Of a stretch of DNA of 64,000 nucleotides, positions 12,030 through 22,500 are shown piece by piece. A program made the position numbers and the translations under genes. Below the pieces are notes generated by a model, which saw only the letters and a program-made list of their open reading frames with translations, was not told the DNA's origin and made no database searches. Position 1 is the first letter of the stretch. Every line of letters begins with the position of its first letter. Location: NCBI GenBank assembly GCA_029953675.1, contig JAMWBK010000004.1, forward strand, positions 2,418,001 through 2,482,000, given 5' to 3'. Origin of the DNA: Rhodosorus marinus CCMP1338. Lineage: Eukaryota; Plantae; Rhodophyta.

Positions 12030-12361
12030 CCTCTACCTCACCCACTATTGAGTTATATACTTCGCAGAAGTCAGTGCAATCAGAGAGTCACAACCGTCTC
12101 GTTGCACTATTCATGGCTTCCTGATGACACACTTGTGAATAGTACAAGGAAAACGATGGCCCGTTCTCTACTGCCGAAGTGCAAAGTGCGTGATAGAGCT
12201 TCCGCGTGAGGATTGATAAGATTAACTGAAGACCTCCTTCACAGTATTCAACAGCTAGCACAACGCAGTCATGATGATGCCATCACGTGAACATCCTGTG
12301 TTCATGGTGAACTTCTTCCTTGTGGAAGGTTGTTTCTGGGTTTGAAGGTGATATTTCATGA

Positions 12362-12389
12362 AGTCAGATCTTGCGAACAAGATCTGACT
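12362..12389. repeat. Perfect 12-bp inverted repeat (hairpin) with a 4-nt loop
   Basis: AGTCAGATCTTG-cgaa-CAAGATCTGACT; the loop reads UUCG on the minus strand. Confidence 0.95.
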
Positions 12390-13012
12390 GCAGCAACCAT
12401 TTTGTCACATTTTGGCGCAAGTAAAACCAAGCATATTTGCTCTGTCCGCTAGTAGAAGCGGCGGACTGCTCCTTTCAATTTGTACCCTCGAATCTGCTTT
12501 GGGTCCTTGGCAGAGCTGAACTTGTAAAGTTTCAAGCATGAACCGGTGGAGATAGCAAGCTTCTTCTGGCGCGGATGCTTCGGATGGGCTTCGCTCATAG
12601 ACAGAGTTAGGACGCCCCGCATTCTCCTTCGGCGACTAGAAACTTCGTGGAAAGTGCTTGTTCAGTAGCTTCTTCTAACTAAAGCCTCAACATCGATTGT
12701 AAGTTGGTCTTGGGTTAGACCAGCACAATGAGGCTACTACAGATGTGAGGCCAGCGATAGACTCCATTATGAAAAGCTGTTTTGGCACCGGCAAGTCCGG
12801 GGTCAAAGGGGGGGAGAGGATTCAGAGCGAAAACGGGTCTCGTGTTAGAAAACTGAATTTCGTCGTGATCTGCTCCGAGGCTTGGGGACTTTGCGCATTG
12901 ACTGTCATCAAAACCTACTGCTGAAGCTGAAAAACGCTGTTTATGATGAATGCGATCAAAAACTCAACGCGGTCGTTACATCCTCTTGATGACAGCCGTG
13001 TGCTTTGCACCT

Positions 13013-13192
13013 TCATCCAGACGATCACGACTTGGAATGGGTAAGATAAACTCACAACAATCCGCGCTGTCCACACGAGCTTTAGAGGAAACAGGATGGG
13101 GTTCCATCTACCTTGAGAGTACAAAACCTCAAAACCACAACACTGCAGTTGTTCCCGTACATAGTATACTCATCCACACGATCGCGACTTGG
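13013..13192. repeat. Dispersed 23-bp direct repeat (21/23 identical), copies 157 bp apart
   Basis: tcatccagacgatcacgacttgg at 13013-13035 and tcatccacacgatcgcgacttgg at 13170-13192. Confidence 0.85.
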
Positions 13193-13816
13193 TACGGTGA
13201 AGTCATAACAAAACCCGGTTTTCGACGAGAAACATTTGAAGAAAAAAGGAATCGTCTGGACTCTCACGGTCGTTCAGCTTAACGAGAAGAAACGTGATCA
13301 TAAACCTCAGCTATCGTCATCGACGCATTTTTTTCTCGTAGCAGTAATTGGCTTCTTCATCCTGAAGATGTTTGCGATGGTTTTTAAGTCACAAGAAAGT
13401 GCACTTTTCGACAAGTTTGTTTTAAGAAAAGACACAACACTCTCGTCTGGATGTGGTCTTTCATCTTTCTTAATATGAAGATTATCTCCATCGTCGTCTA
13501 CAAGAATTTGCTGTAGCAGGTATCTCCTTCAACTTCCGTAAATGACGGAGATGAATAGGGACGGGATGGTTCATGTAGGAGAAGACATGTTTGGGTGGAG
13601 AACAGTGTTCCGCTCGGATGGGGACGCGATCGAAAAAGTATTTGTTTGTTGAAGAAGGTGGAAAGGAGTGATTAAAGAGGTAGTTTTCGTTGCGGCAGAG
13701 TTTGGGGAGTTAGTTTTGAGAGGATTTGCTGTCTTCGTTTGTTGAGTTTAGGGGCAGGTTGTTCGTAGTTTGTTTTGTTGCTTTTTTTGTTCGTGGGTTG
13801 GGTATTTGGCTTTGAA

Positions 13817-13857
13817 GGGGGGGAAGGGCCGAGCGGGCGGGGGGCCCCGGGGCGGGG
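13817..13857 (+). promoter_or_regulatory. Putative G-quadruplex-forming sequence just upstream of the UPF2 start codon
   Basis: Six G-tracts of 3-7 G separated by 1-6 nt loops, ending 20 nt before ATG 13877. Confidence 0.5.
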
Positions 13858-13876
13858 TGAAAGATCGTTATCTGTA

Positions 13877-16800
13877 ATGCGGGCTGATCGGCGATGGCAG
13901 CCGAAGGATCCATCAGCGTTACAATCAGCTGGCGGTCGTGAAGGGGATTGTATTGAGGGAGAGAGAACAGCTGTGGTAGGGAAGGAAGGGAAGGACGGGA
14001 AAGATGGGAAGGACGGGAAGGACGGGAAGGAGAAGAAGGCTGGAGGCGGTAAGGACCGGAGGCGAAAACGCCGGTCAAAGAAGCATGACGGAGGAGCGGT
14101 TGGTGCGGGAGGGGAAAAGCAAAAACAGGCCGAGGCTGAGCAAGCCCAGGCAGAGTTGAATGCTGAGAATGAGAGGCAGGCAAAGAAGAAAGCGGAGGAG
14201 GAGGCCGCGAGAAAAGCTGCAGAGGAGCTTCTTCAGCGACGAATAGTTGAAGGGGTTTCTTGGTACCGATCGCTGTGCAAGGACTATCATCATCGGCTGG
14301 AACTGAGGGAATCGAACGCCAAAGGCTCAGCTTTGTCTGAAGTAGAGCTTCGACAACTCGATTCATCGCTTAAGAAATGCACTGGGTTTGTGAGGAAACT
14401 CCGAGCTGGAGTTATAGAAGAAAGCAAGGATGCGCTTCTATCAGAGGCGCGCAACCTCAACCTCTCCAGATATACCTCTGAGATGGTTTCAGCCATAGCC
14501 GAGAGCAAGCTTCGCACATCAGACGTCGATTTCATTGTCGTTGTAATATCCTCATTGCATCAGCGATATCCTGAGTTTTCCCAGGGCCTCATTCCAGTGC
14601 TGGCGAAGGTTGCGACCGGGTCTGCCGCTGGCGGTCAACCCAGGCCCGATCCCGCAACAAGGAGAGGCGCGCTTCGAGTTCTGTGCGAACTCTTCTGCGT
14701 TGGGATGATTGAGAACGATGAAATTATTGCCACGTGTGTTAGGGACGTCGCAGAGGCCAACAGCAGCGAACGAGACTTCGCGCTGGCGAACCTTTCTGTG
14801 CTGGCCTCGTTCACCAGATACCACGGACGAGAATTCTTTGGTGCAAAGTTGCGCAACCCATGTGAAGATATAATGGACGAAGTGGTCGAGGCTTCAGGGA
14901 AGGAAGAAGATTTTAAGTTGGTTCCAATTGACGAAATAGTGACAACCGAAAACTCATACGCAAGCCCTGCGCTTAAGACCTCCATCAAAAGCTGCCTGAA
15001 AAGCTACTTTGCCCAAGTCGGCCAGAGTCTCGAGACTGCGCACGTTGCTCTTATGAAGGCGGAGGCAGAGGCAATATCTGACAGACACGTGCGAGGAGAG
15101 AACGCCGCAGACCTGGCTTCCGCATACGACCGGGACAAAAAGGTTCACTTTCAGTCGGCAGATGAGAATTGGCCGAATCGCTCAAATCCACTCACTTCGT
15201 GCTCTTGTCATCGTAGGTGTTCGAAAAATTGCTAGCTGGAACAACCTCGCTTGCTGAAAGCCTGGATGAACAGCTGCCAGAGCTTCGGGAAGTTCCAGAT
15301 AGCAAACGGCTGCTTGCCATGGAGTCACGTGGAGCCGCCGCGCAGGCCGCAGCAGCGTCTGTAGCCTCTGAAAAGCAGGAGCCCGTGTTCGATGATGAGG
15401 CGGAGAGGGCGTTCTATGAAGACCTCGTAGATTTGAGCGAATTCCTCCCCTCCGCAGATGCTCAAGACCCGGGTAAGAAGATTCGTGAAGGGAAACCGGA
15501 CCGTCTTCGTATAGGCTTCAGGATTGGTTCACGTTCCGGGAAGTAGAATTTACGAGTGGGAATTTCATGGAGGTTCTGACCGCCAAATGCTTGTTTGATT
15601 TGTTCATCTCAGGAGAAGCCGCAACCCAAAATGCGGAGTCGAAAGACAAGCAGGATGATGGCAACCCCGGGCACTCTTCCCAGGCGCATGAACAGGATCA
15701 ACAAGGAGGGAAAGAGGGTGCGGGCTCCGGGAAGACTGCGAAGAAGAGTGTTGGTCAAGCGGAATCGGAAAGTTGGAGTACGCAAGAAGCACCTGCGGAT
15801 CAAAAAGTCAGTGACAAGAACAAACTGCAGTCAAAGCTACCGTCAGCAACGCAAACGAGGTATTCCAGTTTGAAGAAATCTAAGAACAGCCACGCGGGCC
15901 AAGGCTCCTCGGACCCGCTGCACGTGACATTGAGCGAGATAAATTCAATGGATACAGCAGACCGTTTCGTTGTGTCTTTCGTCCGCGATGCCAACAGAGC
16001 TGCGCGCAGGCGGCTATGCCGCTCTATGCTCGAAACCTCCCAGTATAGGCTCTCCGTGCTGCCCTACTTCGCCCGCGTGGCGGCCACTCTTGACAGAGCT
16101 TTCCCAGATGTGAGTACGAGTCTGGTACAACTCTTGGAAGATGATTTCAAGCAACTTATATCACGAAAGGACCAAAACGAGAAGCTTCTCAACATCCGAG
16201 TTCGAAACGCTCGTTTCATGGGAGAGTTGTGCAAGTTCCGAATGGTTCCAGTCGGAACTGTGCTTGATCTCGGCAACGAGTGCCTGAACGACTTTGTTCA
16301 CCACAACGTGGACGTTGTGTGCAATGTCCTCGAGACCTGCGGAAAGTTTTTGTACAGGAATCCGGAGACTGCGGTAAGGACCGGAAACTTGCTGGACAAG
16401 ATGTGGAGACTAAAATCTGTGAAAATCATGGATGCTAGGCACCGCACTATGGTAGAAACAGCATATTTCGCGTCGCGTCCACCGGAGAGGCAAGGACAGA
16501 AACCGAAGAACAGGGATCCTGTGTGCGAGTATGTGAAACGGAAAATCCTCTATGCTGAACTCACGAAAGCCAATTTCGACTGGAGTCTGAAACAGATGCG
16601 AAAGCTCCCCTGGAGTGAAGAACTGGAACACTATGTTGCTCGGAAAGTTCTCAAGTCGGAGAGGATTCGGTCTAGCTCGCTGAGCTATGTTGCCTTGCTC
16701 GTCGCCTCGATTTCGAAATATCGCGAAGCCGTTGGGATCTCTGTCCTGGATGGATTGCTCGAGTCTATTCGCTTTGGACTGGAGACCAACGATCACCGTA

Positions 16801-18044
16801 TGAGCCAAAGGCGCGTGGCCGAGATAAAACTGTTGGGCGAATTCTACAATTGCCGGAGTATTGATTCAACGGTGATATTTGAGGTCTTGTATTTACTGAT
16901 TACCCTCGGGCATGACCCGAGCTCGGACATCGTTGCCCCGGATCCTGCCGAAGACTTCTTTCGAGCTCGGCTGGTGTGCGTTTTGTTGGACACGTGTGGA
17001 CAGTATTTCCAACGAGGCCTGGCGAGAAAGAGGCTGACCGTTTTCCTTCGCTACTTTGATCGGTACCTTCTTCTTAAAGGCTTACATGCCGGTTATGGTT
17101 TAAACCTCCCATTGGAGGTCCAATTTTTGCTAACTGAGTGTGTCGAGCCTTACCGTAAAGCAAGACGACCGGAAACCCTCGACGAGGCAAATGAAGAGGT
17201 TACCTTAGTCGAGACTTCTAAGAACCTGTCAGCTCTTGTTTCCGTGCCAAGGTTTGAGGTTAAACTGCCACTTCCCCCGGAGAAAGCTCTTGAGCAGAGT
17301 GAGTCAAAGGGCCTTAAGAAATCCACAGATTTTCGGATGGATGAAGAGGAGGATGCGGTGGAGATTGATGAGGACCAGGACGAAGATACAAGCGACGTGA
17401 ATTCAGAAGAAGAGGACTCGTTTGATGGAGAGGACGTCGACTCGAGGGATGATGAGGATGATGAGGATGAAGATGACGACGATGATGCGGATGATGACGA
17501 GGAGGACGACGAAGATGTGGATGTAACGCTGAATGATGCGTCCGCGAAGCCAAAGACTGAGGAGGAGGAGGAGTTGGATCGTGAGCTTGCACAGATGACA
17601 GCGGAATTTATCTCCGTTTCGAAGCCTTCCAAGCCGATAAATGCCCTAGATCGAATGGCGATGCCACTGGGCGTTATGGGTCGGGGAATTGGGAGCGGTT
17701 CTGCCTTGGGCGAAGAAGAAGACGGCCTCTCGAAATCCAAGTCAGCGTCTGAGACGGTGGCCTTTGCTGTTCTTCTCCGACGAGGAGGGAAGAACCAGAC
17801 TAAGGAGCTGGCTGTTCCCGCCGAGAGTGCAATCGCGACAGCCGCCAAGGAAAGTAGATCAACGGAAAGAGCAGAACAACTGGAGTTGAAACGGCTTGTC
17901 CTCAGCAGCAACACTGTCATGAATGCAGAAGCAAATGAGAGGTGGAACGACCGCGGTAGGAACGCCCACACACTTTTTCCAAAAGAGAGGACAATCGAGC
18001 TCGCCAAAGACCTGACCTCGTTGAACGGCTCAAAATGCAGATGA
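13877..18044 (+). CDS. UPF2: Nonsense-mediated decay factor UPF2 (three MIF4G domains, acidic tract, UPF1-binding tail)
   Basis: LDSSLKKCTGFVRKLR, LNLSRYTSEMVSAIAE, NARFMGELCKF, FVHHNVDVVCNVLETCGKFLYRNPET, IKLLGEFYN and DFFRARLVCVLLDTCGQYF, followed by a long D/E tract. Introns about 15143-15216 and 15473-15612. A possible last intron 17956-18040 would move the stop to 18054. Confidence 0.93.
13979..14032 (+). repeat. Coding 9-bp tandem repeat, six copies of GGG AAR GAN (GKE-GKD-GKD-GKD-GKD-GKE), in the UPF2 N-terminus
   Basis: Read directly from the sequence and from the translated ORF. Confidence 0.9.
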
Positions 18045-19221
18045 CCCGAACTAGCAGCGGTGCGTCAATGAAGTTTATACCAGATGTGGAGAGTAGCACG
18101 GGCGCTGATTCTTCTGTTGGATGGGGCTTTCACGAGGAGGACGCCAGCGTGATTAGACAAGTCGAGAAACAATTGTTCTTGTGCATTGGTGGGCGTGAAG
18201 GGTTTCCTCTCCTTCTCCGGCTTAGAAGTGATGAAATGCGTAGCTGAATAGATGAACAGACAATACAAAGGTCCCGAATGTACAGAGCCAGGATCGTCAG
18301 GAGAATCCTGCGGGCAAGGAAGAGGCGAAAAACCAAACTCGGGTGTTCTAGTCCTTGCGGCAAGAGCAAACATCGTAGGCCGTCGCCGGGTGATGGAGTC
18401 CTGGTAATGTTCTTGAAGGACCCATGCTCTTTAAGCTTTCATGGAAGTTGAAACGAAACATATTATATTTTCTGTACTTAAAATTGGACTAACTCGGAAC
18501 CCTGTCGCTTCCATGAACGGTTCGAAGTCTTGCTAGAAACGAACGAGGCGAATCTGGTTCTTTCTACAATTATGGTGCTTTTCGTCTATGTCTCGAGCTA
18601 GAATGGAAGTACGACCATTCCGATATTTTTTTCGTCTGGACGGTAGGGACCTTTTCCCGCAACAAAACGGAAAGCTGGAAACCGCTCCGGACCTCCATTG
18701 GTGGTCAACGCAGAGAGCAGATTTCAGAATGCGTAGTACTAGACGTTGTGATTTGTCCTGTCTTTTCCTCTCGTTCCCACACCTTCTCGTTGACCTTCCG
18801 TCACGACCACAAGTAGTTCCTTCCGAACCCAGTTTTCTGCAGCCAAAGCTCGCTCAGCGATGTCTCGACGTGCTTTAGATGTTCTTCGGCAAAGAACATG
18901 TCCGATCAACAGTTCTTTCCCGCTCAGATGACCATGTCCCTGCTGTAGAATACTAGACGGGTATGAGCTTGTCCCTTCTCTCGACCTCTTCCCTGTGGCT
19001 TGACTTGGCTTTTTTCTCAGTGCTCGGTCAGTGACCGGTTGGAAAGGAGAAGATTTGAGAATTACATTGACCCAGGATTCCAAAATCTGTAAGGTTACCT
19101 TTTCTACTTGGCTGCCCTTTCCAGCGAAGTTTTGATGTAGAATAGACCTAGTTTTCCAAGCTGTCCTAGAAGAAGTCTTCGTATTGACTAATCCCCCCCC
19201 ACGAGCAGGACGTCGAGCTAG

Positions 19222-19250
19222 TCAGCAGGACGTAGAGGACGTCCTGCTGA
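19222..19250. repeat. Perfect 12-bp inverted repeat (hairpin) with a 5-nt loop
   Basis: TCAGCAGGACGT-agagg-ACGTCCTGCTGA; a third partial copy AGCAGGACGT lies at 19204-19213. Confidence 0.95.
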
Positions 19251-19428
19251 TGGTGAGTGCGCTTGGGGAACTGCTGCTTGTTCGTCTGCCTTGTAGATGT
19301 TAAGGTTCAAATCGAGAGCGATCTGAGCAATGCGGAAGAAAAGCATCTTCATCGCCGAATCTGATAGCGGAAGAAAAGGAGCTTCTTTTGTCCGTCGGGC
19401 CTGAGCGGGGTGTTTTGGGGTGAGAACT

Positions 19429-19506
19429 TGTTCTTGTTTACTCTTTAAGTTTGGAGTAGGACGAGGCTGTTCTTGTTCACAATTTGAGTTTGGAGTAGGA
19501 CAAGGC
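19429..19506 (+). repeat. 39-bp tandem duplication (34/39 identical) upstream of the Nup188-like start
   Basis: tgttcttgtttactctttaagtttggagtaggacgaggc followed directly by tgttcttgttcacaatttgagtttggagtaggacaaggc. Confidence 0.9.
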
Positions 19507-19578
19507 TTCCGACTCCTCGTTCGAAGTATGCCCTGTGTAGGATCCGAACAGTCAGATTGAGTCTGGGCGCTGTTAAAG

Positions 19579-22500
19579 ATGGTGCCAACAAAGGAGACGT
19601 TTGGAGACATTTTGGATCGCCTGGAAGCTGGTGGAGAACATGCGATTGGGGACATTTTGAACGACTCCTGGGACGCGATCGTTGAGGTTTTGAAGATAGA
19701 GGACACGAAACCGAAAGATGGGAGCGAGTTGCCGATCGTATGGCGAGGAGGAGCTCGTGAAAAGGAGCAGGAGAAAGGAGAGAAGGAATACGTTAAACAG
19801 ATCAGCAAACGCCTGAATACGTCTTTGCAGGAGGCAAGTGTACTACTTCGGGACTTCATTCTGCTATCCCAGGTTAGAAACGTTGAATGGACAGTGAACG
19901 AGCTGAGCGTCACGGCTCCCATAGAGGAGCTGCGGTTGTTGAGAATGGAAGAAATCCGATCACAATTCGCTTGTTTTGCCACTGTCATACGGATCGCCGA
20001 CGATGCAGAGCACCCTGGCAACGCTGTTTGTAAGCAACGGTTGAAATCAACTGAATCGGGTGCCTTTGGAGATCAGATCGTTGACGCGATTCGGTCTCTG
20101 AGCAGTACCATCTCCAAGAGCGCAATTGATGAATTCGACGACAAGCAGAGAACGCTCCGCTGGGCTGTCGAGCTGGCTTTTATATATTTTTATTCCAATC
20201 CTTGCTCGAAAACGGCACTTTTGAAGCTAGTGGAGCTGATCAGAAGCGGCCGGGTGGAGTGGTCCGCATCGGGCGCGACTAGAACGACTCTGCTCCTGTC
20301 CATGACTTTCGCCGAGATCCTTTCTCTGGAGAGCTTGCTCGGCTCTGACCCCCAATTTTCGAAGAGTTCGATCCTCTCCGACTCTGAAAGCCGTGGCGAG
20401 GTTAGCAAGATGCTGCTGGCGAGTCCCAAAGGCGTTCTTGATATAGGAATCACGTCACTCGCCTGGGCAACTTTTCTGAAGCTAGTACAAGTGAGCGAAC
20501 CTGGAATCGATATCAGGAGTCAGCCATTCGAAGAGCACCTGGAGTACGCCCTCAACGCCGGTGTCCTGGAGGCATTGCCGCCGCTGCTTGACAGATTTTC
20601 GCACGGGGGTGTTGATAGTATCGAGCCCAGTCCACAGAGGTTGGGGGAGGTAGCGGGCGGTTTCGTTCAGTCTTTCTTTGTCGGGTTTCCGCCAGGGATT
20701 CTTTCCAGGGCCCAGATCTGCGCCCTGTCTTACCTTTGTTCACGTGCGTTGCGCTATTCATCGCAGCTGTGTCATATGGTGTTGGATGCAGAAAGGGATC
20801 TAGAGCAACGCAGGGAAGGTATCAACTTAATTATTCGAACGTGCCAGGCATTCTTTCCGCTTGAGGTTAAACCGTACGTCCTTGTCATTGGTGCACTTGC
20901 TGCGGACGAGGAATGCTCCAGCCAAGTGGTGAATATTCTATCAGAGGGACTTGGGACTTATGCGGAGGCATCTCCTGACCGAAACTTGGAATACCCAGTG
21001 CCTGTTGATGACGAAGGTTTCGTAGATGCAAGGCGCGATGTACCGTTTGTTGAGGCGATGGCAAGCGTTTCGATGGGGGTCGTTGTGAGAAATAGAGGAG
21101 ATCCAACTTCAATCGGCGAAGGGACTGTTCTGAGGGATTCAGTGGGTTTCACAACAGATGACATGTCAACAGTGATCTGGCACCAACGATGGAATGGATG
21201 GATCGCGGTTAATCAGAAGTTCCATTCTTTTGCGGAGGAGCTCAGGATGGGTGCAGATTTAGGAGAGCTTTCGGTGATCTCCAGCCTCTGCTCAATGCTG
21301 ATAAGAATATGTCGGCATGCCGATTCTCAAACAAAGTCTTATGTAGCGGACGAAATCGTATCTTCCAATCTTATCGCCGATGTTCTCATGCTTGTCACCA
21401 GAAGGAAAGTGGGGTTCATGCGAAGCGAAAAGGAAAAGCTCATGACCCTCCTTTCCAGGACGCTCTACGAGCTTGGGCGGCAAAATCCAAGGAGATGTGA
21501 ACATGTGCTCACTAGAATTGGTGCCCTGGGACCTGGAGCTCCGCCGTTGAGGGAGATAGCTACTTTTGGAGGAGTGACAACACCGTCGCTAAGGTATATT
21601 CTTCAGGTCGCGGGGGAGGTCAAGGCCTCTAGCCGCTCTTTGGAGCATCTACTCGAGTTCGTGACGTCAGAGATTCTGCCCATGTGGATCAGCTCGAGAC
21701 TCGGAGTCTCATCCCGTGGTGACAACCTGAGAGGATGGAGGTTGATTCAATCCGTTTTCTCGCTCCTACGAAAGCATGTTTCTATCTCCAACGCCAGATC
21801 ATCCACTCTGGCCAAGGCCCTTGGCGTGACGTTATCGGCTAGCGAAGACGGCAAGGCCAAGTCAAAGCCGTCCGCTGCTTACTACTGTTCACTTGGAAAT
21901 GCACTGAAGATGGCAAGCGCCATAATGAAGTTTGAACTGCGAAACATGGAAGGGAAAGACTCGGAAATGTTGGACGACAACAACAGCAAACACGTCGTTG
22001 CCAATTCACTCAGCGTCACCGCGCTGGCTATGATTTCGGCGAATTCCTTCCCCTCCCCAACAATGTCACTCCCAACAGCAGTATATGCAGATGGTGATGA
22101 TGACCTCGACGGGGATAGCCATGATGACGGCCTATCAGATTGGGAACTGACGCCGGAGGACTACGACATGCCCTTGGCGCCTGAGCTACAGGATAGGGCG
22201 TCCCGGTGTCTGGGGCTTCTGTTTCAGGTCGTCGAACGACTGTCTCCGGGCGGTGCAGCTGCCGTGAAGCAAGTACCTTGGCCCACGGGAGACCATGCGC
22301 AGTCAATCCGGACCCGGTTAGCCACTGCCATTTCATCGAGGCAGTCCTTCTGGGCGATGAGCATGGTGTGTGCGGCAATTGTTCACGGCCAAAAAGGTGT
22401 TTCTAGGGCACTTCTCAAGGGTTCACAAAGGATTATCAGGTTTGCACCACCGGCTGGGGGAACCACACAGTCCGGTGTGGAGAAGGAGAAGACGGTTGGT

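Noticed and set aside
17150-18007. Long antisense ORFs in the track (e.g. 17150-18007, 19218-20021, 29022-29432, 40699-41319, 56093-56677)
   Set aside because: They are shadows of well-supported genes on the opposite strand, often of acidic low-complexity tracts, and carry no motifs of their own.
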